This document shows, piece by piece, positions 1 through 8,812 of a DNA stretch of 64,000 bases. The notes under the pieces were generated by a model. It worked only from the letters and a program-made list of their open reading frames with translations. It was not told where the DNA came from and ran no database searches. A program made the position numbers and the translations under genes. Numbering within the stretch: position 1 is the first letter of the stretch; every line of letters starts with the position of its first letter. The DNA is from Nitrospirota bacterium (GTDB taxonomy: Bacteria; Nitrospirota; Thermodesulfovibrionia; Thermodesulfovibrionales; Dissulfurispiraceae), in assembly GCA_963790025.1 (NCBI GenBank), contig CAWBMP010000002.1:256001-320000 (forward strand), written 5' to 3'.

Positions 1-1
1 A

Positions 2-187
2 GTTTTTAAAAAAGGAAAATACTGGATAGTGCTGAGGCATTCCGGAGAAGCGGTCATGAACTGGTTTTATACACCAGGCAAACATTATGGCGATAGCGAT
101 GACACTCGCTCTACGCTGAAGGGGTATCAGTGGGAGGATATTCAGAATTATGATTTTGTATTTAAAGTGAAGGGGATCGTTCAATAA
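2..187 (+). CDS. 3' end of a hypothetical protein entering from the left edge
   Basis: Frame open from base 2 (VFKKGKYWIVLRHSG...DFVFKVKGIVQ) to TAA at 185-187, followed by a GGAGG RBS for the next gene. Confidence 0.7.
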   Translation, partial: VFKKGKYWIVLRHSGEAVMNWFYTPGKHYGDSDDTRSTLKGYQWEDIQNYDFVFKVKGIVQ

Positions 188-200
188 TAGGAGGCTGAGA

Positions 201-1256
201 ATGTATAAAAAATGCTGCATATACTTATTTATTGCAATTTCCTTCCTTTATATCTCTCCACGGGAAAGCTTTGCCAAAGACGCCGGTACGATAACCGAAC
301 TAAGCGGAAGCGTATCTTACCGGGAAAAAGACAATGTCCCGTACCACCCAGCCAGAAAAGGTACCGAAATAAATGTTGGGTACTGGTTCAAAACGAGTGA
401 AGACGGATGGGCGATATTGACATTATCTGACGGGAGCAATATGACTCTTGCAAATAATACAGAGCTTAAGATAACAAAATTTATTATCGACAAAAAGAAG
501 AAAAACGGCATATTCAATGTGCTCCAGGGGAAGCTCAGGGCTTCTGTTGTAAGGCTTGCCGGTGAAAGTGTCGATTACAAAGTGCAGAGCCCCACGGCTG
601 TTGCAGGTATAAAGGGGACTGAGTTCATGATGATGACCCAGGGTCCGGCCAACGTGTTTTTCGGAAATGAGGGTATGGCCGAAATATCGGGTGATGCAAC
701 GTCTGCAAAACCTTTGAGCGCCGGTACGCTGGTCCAAAATACCAGGGGATATACGCCTGTAGACCCTGTGGAGGTAAAACCTGATACGCCGCTGAACACG
801 GCAAAAAAAGACTTTGAAGGAATAACAGCGGCAACCCCCCCCAGGGACTGGGAGATGTCGAACAATCTGCCCCACATTATAGCCCGCTGGAACATCAATT
901 ACGGACAATATCTCGCAGACGCGGGAAAATACGATGAAGCGCTCTATGTATTTCAGATAGCCCTTGACCTTACAACTCTGCCGGAAATAAGGAGTGAAGC
1001 AAGGCTCCAAAGGGGCGCTGTTTACTCCCGATTTCTCAGAAACAAGGAAGCGGCTCTATCCGAATATTTGCTGGTAGTGGAAGCATATCCCCGGGTGCCT
1101 CAGAGGGAAACAGCCCTTTATCTGGCCGGGATGACACTCTATGAAATGGGCCTTAAGGGTCAGGCAAAAGAGAAGCTTTTTGAGTACAAAAAAGAATATC
1201 CGGACGGAAGAAATATATCCAATGTTGAAACAATATTGAATATTTGGGACAAGTAG
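201..1256 (+). CDS. Exported FecR-domain protein with C-terminal TPR repeats
   Basis: Signal peptide (ESFA|K), FecR-like core (SPTAVAGIKGTEF), TPR-like helices at the C-terminus, GGAGG RBS; lies next to a CHASE2 gene, a common pairing. Confidence 0.85.
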   Translation: MYKKCCIYLFIAISFLYISPRESFAKDAGTITELSGSVSYREKDNVPYHPARKGTEINVGYWFKTSEDGWAILTLSDGSNMTLANNTELKITKFIIDKKKKNGIFNVLQGKLRASVVRLAGESVDYKVQSPTAVAGIKGTEFMMMTQGPANVFFGNEGMAEISGDATSAKPLSAGTLVQNTRGYTPVDPVEVKPDTPLNTAKKDFEGITAATPPRDWEMSNNLPHIIARWNINYGQYLADAGKYDEALYVFQIALDLTTLPEIRSEARLQRGAVYSRFLRNKEAALSEYLLVVEAYPRVPQRETALYLAGMTLYEMGLKGQAKEKLFEYKKEYPDGRNISNVETILNIWDK

Positions 1257-1277
1257 TTTTAAACTCGGGTTAAAGGA

Positions 1278-3389
1278 TTGAGACTTAACAGATCAATCAT
1301 ATTCATGCTGATCGGCCTTGGCGCCGGTCTCTTTTCATTATTTCTTTACAGCAGGAATATAGATTTCTTTAATACTATCGACCTCAAACTCAAGGATGTC
1401 AGGTTCAGAACAAGGAGGATGGTCCCTGACAGCCGTGTAGTTATTGTTGCCATTGATTCCAGGAGCATCAATAAACTCGGCAGATGGCCCTGGGACAGAA
1501 AGGTAATTGCCGGACTTATAGAAGCCCTCGACACATATGGCGCCAAAACGATTGCCATGGATATCGTTTTCTCCGAGCCTTCCAATGCCTCCTCTGATAA
1601 AGAGCTTGCAGGAGCGCTTCGGAAGAGCGGCAATGTGATCGCCGGATATTTCTTCAGGGGTGAGGAGGGCAAGCCGGCTACAGTTGAGCTGCTGCAGAGG
1701 ACCAAAGTAAGTGATGTGAGGCTGGGCAGTGAGGTGCAGGGACTGCCTGTAGTGACATTTCCGGGCGTTGAGATGAATATACCCATTATTTCTGACGCTG
1801 CGCGCAGCGCCGGATTTTTTAATATACTGCCGGACAGGGACGGAATATTAAGATTTGCAACCCTTGTTGCGCTCTACAGGGGTGATGCTTATCCTTCCCT
1901 GCCTCTTGCAGCCCTCAGGCACCATCTTGCCAACAAGCTCATAATCGACGTCGCACAATACGGCGTGGACGGGCTTATGATCGGGAACAGGAGAATACCT
2001 GTCGATGAAGCCGGACGGTTTACCCTCAATTACTACGGCAGGCAAGCGAAGTTCAGGACAATTCCTGCGGTTGATGTCATAGAAAAACGGCTTGACAGGG
2101 ACGCGCTGAAAAATACACTGGTATTCGTAGGAGCGACTGAAATCGGTATTTCCGATGTGAGGGCGACGCCTCAGGGTTCCATCCCTGGGGTAGAAGTGCA
2201 TGCCACAGTAGCGTCGAATGTGCTACAGGACCGGTTCCTGACAAGAGATGGACAGGTCATAGCATTGGAGATATTCCTTATTATACTCTTTCCTCTCCTG
2301 CTGGCAATGTTTTTAAGGGCCACACGCAGGACTGTCCCGGCCCTTATCTTCCTTGTTGCGATTACAGGGACTTACTTTTTCTTCAACAATTTTCTGTTCG
2401 CCCATTATTCTTTAAACATAGGTGTCATATTCCCTGCTATCTCTATCGGGCTGACCTATCTCGGTTCCGAAGCCTACAGAAATTTCACGGAAGAAAGGCA
2501 GGGGCGTTTTCTCAGGAAGGCCTTCGCAGGTCACGTAAGTGCAGACATCGTCGGGCAGATAGTAGACAACCATGACTCACTCAACCTTCTTGGACAGAAG
2601 AGGGAGATATCGGTACTTTTTTGCGGAATAAAGGGATTTCCCACTCTCTCTGAGAACTTGCCCCCTGAGTCCCTCGTTATGCTTTTGAACCGGTACCTGG
2701 GCCCGATGACCGATATCATCCTGAAACACGGCGGAATGCTCGATAAATATATCGGGGACACTATTATGGCACTATACAATGCACCGTTGACGCTTGAAGA
2801 CCACGCAGCTTATGTCTGTATAAGTGCAGTGGATATGATGGACAAGCTCAAAGAGGTCAATGCCGACTTAAGAGAAAAGGGACTGCCCGAAATCGATATC
2901 GGAATCGGGGTAAGCACCGGTGATGCCATTTTGGGTAATATGGGCACCGACTTGCAGTTTGAGTATACAGCAATGGGTAATACAGTGGACCTGGCTGCAA
3001 GACTGGAAGACGTGACTGTGAAATACAGGACACATATAATTGTCAGTGAATCCACAATGAAACTCTTACAGGCGACAGATATCGGGGATACCGAATACAG
3101 CACTCTTACTTTCAGAGAGCTTGACCTCATAAAAACAGCGGAAAAAAACAGACCCGTAACTATTTATGAATTATTATTGAATGCGGACCCTCTGCTTGTC
3201 GGAAAATTCGGCGAGGCAATGAAACTTTACCGGCAGCAGAAATTCAATGAAGCACTGAACATCTTCACGGAATTGAACGCCGAATATAAGGATGGGCCTT
3301 CCGGAGTGTTTATGGAGAGATGCAGGGAATCTATCGTTCACCCGCCGGACATTACTTGGGATGGAGTCTACGCGACGAAAACAAAATAG
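1278..3389 (+). CDS. CHASE2-domain class III adenylate/guanylate cyclase-like protein with degenerate catalytic motifs
   Basis: CHASE2 motifs (GRWPWDR, PGVEVHA), three TM helices, cyclase core DKYIGD, C-terminal WDGVY. Confidence 0.88.
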   Translation: MRLNRSIIFMLIGLGAGLFSLFLYSRNIDFFNTIDLKLKDVRFRTRRMVPDSRVVIVAIDSRSINKLGRWPWDRKVIAGLIEALDTYGAKTIAMDIVFSEPSNASSDKELAGALRKSGNVIAGYFFRGEEGKPATVELLQRTKVSDVRLGSEVQGLPVVTFPGVEMNIPIISDAARSAGFFNILPDRDGILRFATLVALYRGDAYPSLPLAALRHHLANKLIIDVAQYGVDGLMIGNRRIPVDEAGRFTLNYYGRQAKFRTIPAVDVIEKRLDRDALKNTLVFVGATEIGISDVRATPQGSIPGVEVHATVASNVLQDRFLTRDGQVIALEIFLIILFPLLLAMFLRATRRTVPALIFLVAITGTYFFFNNFLFAHYSLNIGVIFPAISIGLTYLGSEAYRNFTEERQGRFLRKAFAGHVSADIVGQIVDNHDSLNLLGQKREISVLFCGIKGFPTLSENLPPESLVMLLNRYLGPMTDIILKHGGMLDKYIGDTIMALYNAPLTLEDHAAYVCISAVDMMDKLKEVNADLREKGLPEIDIGIGVSTGDAILGNMGTDLQFEYTAMGNTVDLAARLEDVTVKYRTHIIVSESTMKLLQATDIGDTEYSTLTFRELDLIKTAEKNRPVTIYELLLNADPLLVGKFGEAMKLYRQQKFNEALNIFTELNAEYKDGPSGVFMERCRESIVHPPDITWDGVYATKTK

Positions 3390-3482
3390 ACTTTAAATGT
3401 GCTTTCAATAAAACAAGCCTTCATTTCAATATGTTTTTGGGTAATTCCTTTTATTCGCCATCCGTGATATTCTATTTATGTA

Positions 3483-4991
3483 ATGCGTCAAGAAAGACTT
3501 GACAACTTTCACAAAGAGTCGGGGTATTTGGCAACGCGTCCGGCATGGTTACGCTATGTGGTTGCCATGGTATTTGTTGGAGTTGCCATCGCTGTACGTG
3601 TGGTTTTTTTGCATACTCTCGGGCTGCGCAACTTCTACCTGACGTTCTATCCCGCCGTGATAATCACGGCACTCTATGGAGGCCTTGCCGCAGGCTTGTT
3701 TGCAGCAATCCTTTCTGCCTTGTCAGCTGACTACGTCTTGATAGAACCGGTCGGATCTTTCTACATCAAAGATCCTTCTGATATTTGGGGCATGGCTGTC
3801 TTTATCATAAGCTGCACAATGATTATTTTCATAACGGAGGCCATGCATCGCGCCCGGGCACGTGCCGGCAAAGCAGAGACACAGGCCAAACTTGCCGCTG
3901 AACAAATAAAAGCAGAGGAAGCTCTCCGGGAGCGCGAAAAACGATTGGGTCTTTTCATCGAGCATGCCCCTGTCGCCTTGGCCATGTTTGACCGCGAGAT
4001 GCGCTATATAAGTGTGAGTCGCCGCTGGATGAGAGATTACGGGCTCGGTGATCGCGATTTGCAGGGGCTGTCACACTACGAGATCTTTCCGGAGATTCCA
4101 GCCCGATGGAAGACCATTCATCGACAAGCTCTGGCAGGAGAAGTGTTCGTTGCTGACGATGATCGTTTCGAGCGGGCGGATGGGTCGGTGCAGTGGCTTC
4201 GATGGGAAGTGCACCCCTGGCATAACGCAGCGGGCGATGTCGCCGGTATCGTGATCTTTAGCGAAGACATCACAGAACGCAAGCGGGCTGAGGAAGAACG
4301 AAAAGAGGCATACAAAGAGCTTGAAGGATTTGCCTATACTGTTGCACATGATCTTCGCGCTCCCCTCCGGCATATGACGAGCTTTGCTGAAATGCTGAAA
4401 AAAAGGATGAAGGGTAAACTTGATGAACAGGCGCTCCATTATACGGATGTGATATCAGAGGAATCAAAGAGGATGGGGATGCTTGTAGACGATCTGCTTG
4501 AATTCACCAGCATGAAGCGCATTAATAAACAACTCGAGAAAGTAAATTTGAATTCGCTGGTAAGAGAAGCCGTCGCTTATCTTGGAGATGAAGTGAAAGT
4601 TCGGGATATCCGATGGGAAATCGATGAGCTGCCTGAAGTTGAGTGTGACCAATCGATGCTTAAGCTCGTGCTTGTCAATCTCATCTCTAATGCAGTTAAA
4701 TTCACTCAAACTCGCCGCCCCGCTGAAATTAAGATTTGGTGTAAAGAGGACAAGGACGAAGTTGTTTTTTCAATTAAAGACAACGGCGCGGGGTTTGACA
4801 TGGAATATGCGGACAAACTTTTCAATGTATTCCAGCGTCTTCATCATCATGACGAATTTGAAGGCACAGGCATAGGCCTTGCCAATGTCCGGCGCATCAT
4901 TTCCAGCCATGGCGGAAGGACCTGGGCCGAAGGCTCTGTGGGACAGGGCGCCACATTCTACTTTACATTACCTAAGACAAAGGAGAAATAA
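3483..4991 (+). CDS. Membrane sensor histidine kinase (DUF4118-like TM, PAS, HisKA, HATPase)
   Basis: H-box VAHDLRAPL, N-box NLISNAVKF, DNGAGF, GTGIGL; PAS/PAC segment ending EDITERK. Confidence 0.92.
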   Translation: MRQERLDNFHKESGYLATRPAWLRYVVAMVFVGVAIAVRVVFLHTLGLRNFYLTFYPAVIITALYGGLAAGLFAAILSALSADYVLIEPVGSFYIKDPSDIWGMAVFIISCTMIIFITEAMHRARARAGKAETQAKLAAEQIKAEEALREREKRLGLFIEHAPVALAMFDREMRYISVSRRWMRDYGLGDRDLQGLSHYEIFPEIPARWKTIHRQALAGEVFVADDDRFERADGSVQWLRWEVHPWHNAAGDVAGIVIFSEDITERKRAEEERKEAYKELEGFAYTVAHDLRAPLRHMTSFAEMLKKRMKGKLDEQALHYTDVISEESKRMGMLVDDLLEFTSMKRINKQLEKVNLNSLVREAVAYLGDEVKVRDIRWEIDELPEVECDQSMLKLVLVNLISNAVKFTQTRRPAEIKIWCKEDKDEVVFSIKDNGAGFDMEYADKLFNVFQRLHHHDEFEGTGIGLANVRRIISSHGGRTWAEGSVGQGATFYFTLPKTKEK

Positions 4992-4993
4992 AT

Positions 4994-5440
4994 ATGGAGG
5001 ATCTTAGATGTATTTTGCTGGTTGAAGATGATCCTTATGATGTGGAACTCATCCAGGCAGGTCTTGCTGAAAACAATCTCGCCAATAAAGTTGTAGTAGC
5101 CCGTGACGGTGAAGAAGCTCTCGATTTCTTCAACTGCAGTGGAAAGTTTGCCGACAGGACTGGTGTGCATCCCGCTGTTGTAATGCTCGATCTGAAGCTT
5201 CCCAAGGTAAGCGGTCTCGAGGTGCTCAAACACATAAAGACTGACGAGAGGCTCAAAGTCTTGCCGGTGGTAATTCTCACCTCATCCCATAAAGATCGGG
5301 ATATCGCCGAAAGTTACAGGCTAGGCGCAAATGGATTCGTCGTAAAACCTGTCGACTTTCACCAGTTTATTGATGCGGTCAAACAGACAGGAGCTTTCTG
5401 GGCCATCATCAACGAACCTCCGCCAGTAACGGCGTGCTAA
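4994..5440 (+). CDS. Single-domain response regulator (Rcp1-like)
   Basis: LLVEDD, LDLKLP, ILTSS, VKP receiver motifs; directly follows the kinase. Confidence 0.92.
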   Translation: MEDLRCILLVEDDPYDVELIQAGLAENNLANKVVVARDGEEALDFFNCSGKFADRTGVHPAVVMLDLKLPKVSGLEVLKHIKTDERLKVLPVVILTSSHKDRDIAESYRLGANGFVVKPVDFHQFIDAVKQTGAFWAIINEPPPVTAC

Positions 5441-5462
5441 ACTAAGCAGACTTGACCCATCT

Positions 5463-6368
5463 CTATTTTGAAGAGGAGCACCCGCCTATCATCTCTTCGG
5501 CACGTGCAGTTCCCTTGTTATCGCCTGAACTTTTGCTGATGAATTGTGCTCTTTTAAAAAACTCCATAGCATCTTCCTGCCTCCCCTGCATGCATAAAAC
5601 ATTGCCGATGCCCATTAAGTCCATTGCCATTTTCATCGCAAACCCTGCGTCCTTATCAAGCACGAGGGCATCCTGGTAGAACCCCCTTGCTTCCTCATAT
5701 GCCTTTGCCGCTACTTTTGCGTCGGCAAGCAGCCTGAATGAATTGGCCTCCTCCTGCCTTTCTCCCAGACTTCTGTTCCACTGAAGTCCCTCCGCACCAA
5801 AAGCAAGGGCTGCGTCAGGTGTATTATTTAGCAGGGCAATTTTTGCCTTGAGGTTGTAGATCTTTCCTTTTTCGGCGCAGGTTTCGTCCTTGCAGAAATT
5901 GAGGGCTTTATCTGCCCATTCTATAGCAGACGGATATTTGCCCTCGTCTACGTAAAGGACTGCTTTTATAAATGCCGCCCCTGCCAGTTGCGATGGATAA
6001 AAAGGTACGTGCCTGAAGTTCAATATTTCATCGAGGCACTTGCGAGCGTTCTCCCTGTCATCGAGCTTCCGGTAGACAACCGCCATATTCATAAGATTTA
6101 TTGCTATCCCATCTGCATGCTCGATGGAGGAACTGGCCTTTAATGCCTCGCCGTAAAGTTCTAATGCCCTTTTGAAATTGCCGCTCCTAAAAGCGGAATC
6201 GGCTTTCCCGTTTAACTCAATTGAAATTATTTCGGCATCCAAACGGCTGGGCGGGGCAGAACTGCAGCCAAATAAAAATATACAGCAGGCAATAGGCAAT
6301 AGGCTATAGGCAATGGCGTTTATTTGCCTATAGCCTATCGCCCATAGCCTATTGCCTTCCTTATTCAT
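5463..6368 (-). CDS. TPR-repeat lipoprotein, last gene of an Mla/Mce-type operon
   Basis: Lipobox LFG|C followed by repeated TPR-like helices; overlaps the MCE gene end. Confidence 0.8.
   Translation of the reverse strand: MNKEGNRLWAIGYRQINAIAYSLLPIACCIFLFGCSSAPPSRLDAEIISIELNGKADSAFRSGNFKRALELYGEALKASSSIEHADGIAINLMNMAVVYRKLDDRENARKCLDEILNFRHVPFYPSQLAGAAFIKAVLYVDEGKYPSAIEWADKALNFCKDETCAEKGKIYNLKAKIALLNNTPDAALAFGAEGLQWNRSLGERQEEANSFRLLADAKVAAKAYEEARGFYQDALVLDKDAGFAMKMAMDLMGIGNVLCMQGRQEDAMEFFKRAQFISKSSGDNKGTARAEEMIGGCSSSK
6287..6357. repeat. Inverted array of heptamer repeats inside the lipoprotein signal peptide
   Basis: Left arm AGGCAAT-AGGCAAT-AGGCTAT-AGGCAAT, 8-nt spacer, right arm TTTGCCT-ATAGCCT-ATCGCCC-ATAGCCT-ATTGCCT. 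Confidence 0.9.
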
Positions 6369-7326
6369 AGCTGTCTACATTTAATTTTTTTTCTTCAGGC
6401 TGTTTTATAAAAAGGCGCAAAGGCCAAACTTTTTTAATAGAGCCCATAACTTCCTTTGCGTCATCGGCTACATCATTGCTCTTTTCGACGAGGGAAGGAA
6501 CCTGCGGAGCGGCCTGCTCTGCGGCCTTTCTTAATACCTCAGTCGTCTTCTGGACGTTTTCGAGGCTTTTGCCGGTCTTATCCAGAAGGTCAGGCAGATC
6601 TTTGTCGATTCTCTTTATTATGGCGCCCGTGCCTGATATTGTCTGTTTGGTTGTATCGAGAACAGAATCGACGTTCCTGAAAGAGGTGGAAAGGTTTTTA
6701 TCTGTGTTGACCAGCAGGGCATCAAGCTTCTGCCTTGTAATGTTGACATCTTTTGAAAGCGTATTGATATTTCTCATAGTCTGTTTTATATCACCGTCGG
6801 GGTCATTGATATAAGCTATAATTTGCTTTAAATCCTTGAGTGCCGGCGTTATTTCATCCTTCAATTCTCCCGCAATCTCGCTAATACCCTTCTCCCTCCG
6901 GAAAGGGAGCATCACCTCTCCAACAGCCTCTTTTGCATTTTCAGAGCCCGGGGTTATTTCTATAATGCTGTCTCCGATGAGCCCTTCTCTCATAAGCCTG
7001 GCCCTCGAGTCGATCTTTACCCATTTCATATATTGGTTGTTTATCGACAGCTCAACTCTCACCTTTGCATTTTCTTCCAATGATATTGACTTTACCCTGC
7101 CTATTTTAAATCCGCTGAGCTTTACTGCCTGGCCCTCATTGATATCATATCCGCTGTCGGCCATGAGATAGACGCTTGTCTTTCGGGTAAAAATGTCCTG
7201 CCGCATACCTATAAAGATTATTATTACTAAAATAGCAGCAACAGCCGCCAGGATAAATAGACCCACTTTCTTCTGAATATCCGCATAACGCCGATCAGTA
7301 TCTTTCAAGATTCCCATATTGCCCAT
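6361..7326 (-). CDS. MlaD/MCE-family protein with coiled-coil extension
   Basis: VGLFIL TM anchor, GQAVKLSGFKIGRV, GLIGDSIIEITPG MCE motifs, long helical tail. Confidence 0.9.
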   Translation of the reverse strand: MGNMGILKDTDRRYADIQKKVGLFILAAVAAILVIIIFIGMRQDIFTRKTSVYLMADSGYDINEGQAVKLSGFKIGRVKSISLEENAKVRVELSINNQYMKWVKIDSRARLMREGLIGDSIIEITPGSENAKEAVGEVMLPFRREKGISEIAGELKDEITPALKDLKQIIAYINDPDGDIKQTMRNINTLSKDVNITRQKLDALLVNTDKNLSTSFRNVDSVLDTTKQTISGTGAIIKRIDKDLPDLLDKTGKSLENVQKTTEVLRKAAEQAAPQVPSLVEKSNDVADDAKEVMGSIKKVWPLRLFIKQPEEKKLNVDSYE

Positions 7327-7976
7327 TTTCTATTGATCTGCTTTAAGGTCATATCGGATTCCACATGCTGCATCGATTTCTCATCCACGCTTATGTAAAC
7401 AGAAATCCTGCCGACTTTCCTCAAATGAAAATCCTGTGTCAATCTTCCCAAACCCTCAGTCTCCTCAGAGGGGAGATCTTTAAAGGGCGCATCATAGATT
7501 ATCAGTTCCGGTTCTGTGAGCATTGCCCTTACCAGACCTGCCATCCTCTTTTCGTGCGGCGTCAGGTGTCCCGGCATTTTGCCCATAAACCCCGAAAGAT
7601 TTTCTCCGCCTATTTTTAGCGCTCTGCATAACGCAATAACTTTGTCTTCCAGGTCATCAGGCCGTTTCCCCTGCTGATAATATGACGGAAGTATAACATT
7701 TTCCCAGACCGTAAGACTGCTGAGCAGCCTGCCATCCTGCCACACCATCCCCACCCTGCTCAGGACTTTAAATAGTTCCTGTTCCGGAATGGAATAGATA
7801 CTTTTGCCCAACAGAAAGACCCTCCCGGCGAGCGGCTTACGCAGACCCACGATGGTATCTAGAAGCACCTGCTTTTCGTGTCTGGAATTTGCTATTATCT
7901 TGCAGCGGCAGCCGGATCTTACCTCAAATGAGGCGTAGTCGAAGCTCTCCGTAGTAACATTCTCAAATTGTATCAT
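7305..7976 (-). CDS. MlaF-like ABC ATP-binding protein with degenerate motifs
   Basis: ABC fold cues (LTVWENV, RAMLTEPELIIYD) between the MlaE-like and MlaD-like genes, but Walker A, signature and H-loop are altered. Confidence 0.8.
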   Translation of the reverse strand: MIQFENVTTESFDYASFEVRSGCRCKIIANSRHEKQVLLDTIVGLRKPLAGRVFLLGKSIYSIPEQELFKVLSRVGMVWQDGRLLSSLTVWENVILPSYYQQGKRPDDLEDKVIALCRALKIGGENLSGFMGKMPGHLTPHEKRMAGLVRAMLTEPELIIYDAPFKDLPSEETEGLGRLTQDFHLRKVGRISVYISVDEKSMQHVESDMTLKQINRKWAIWES

Positions 7977-8761
7977 AAGTACGATACAAGAGTGATCAAT
8001 CCGTCACAGATGAATACCGAAAACAGGCTGTGCATCACCGCTATAGTCGTAGCCCGCGGGATTTCAGTTATGGACGACTTTACCCGGAGTCCCTGATAAC
8101 ACGAGATAACGGAAATAACAAGACCGAAAACTATACTTTTCGACAACGATATGCCGATTTCAAAAAAATTGAGGGCCGAGAATATGACCAGTGCATGCTG
8201 GAAGAAGGAAGTACCGGTGAATAGTGATGACACAAACAACCCTCCTATAACAGACACTATCTGAAAATAGACGGTCAGAATCAGCACCGAGACAGTAATA
8301 CCTGTTACCCTGGGGACAACAATGTAATTCAGGGGAGAAATACCCATGACCTTCAATCCGTCTATTTCTCCATTAATCTTCATGGAGCCAAGTTCTACGG
8401 TCAATGCGGCGCCACTCCTCGCTATAATTATTATGACCGTCAGCAGAGGCCCAAGTTCTCTGACTACTGTCCATATTAAAATTTTTCCGGCAAGAGCAGC
8501 ATTCATACCTGTAATACTGGTTGTCTGAGTAATAATTACGACTCCTATAAGACAGGCTATGATGGAAACCGTCTTAAGCGCCTGTATCCCGGTAAAATAT
8601 ATCTGTCTGTAAAGGATTGTCCGTACAGGCTCAATTTTCAGGGATGAAATACGTCTTAAAGCATTGTAGAGCAGCCGGTAGGGGGCCGCGAAATGAGTAA
8701 AGGCATCAATAGTGTATTCGCCGACTTTCTGCACATTCAGGGCATGTATCATTAAATGCAT
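7973..8761 (-). CDS. MlaE-family ABC permease
   Basis: RELGPLL, RSGAA..ELGSMKINGEIDGLKVMGISPLNYIVVPR; the exact start is uncertain. Confidence 0.9.
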   Translation of the reverse strand: MHLMIHALNVQKVGEYTIDAFTHFAAPYRLLYNALRRISSLKIEPVRTILYRQIYFTGIQALKTVSIIACLIGVVIITQTTSITGMNAALAGKILIWTVVRELGPLLTVIIIIARSGAALTVELGSMKINGEIDGLKVMGISPLNYIVVPRVTGITVSVLILTVYFQIVSVIGGLFVSSLFTGTSFFQHALVIFSALNFFEIGISLSKSIVFGLVISVISCYQGLRVKSSITEIPRATTIAVMHSLFSVFICDGLITLVSYL

Positions 8762-8812
8762 TTTATCATATTGACATCATTATTGGGAGAACGGCTTTTT
8801 ACGGAACCGTCA

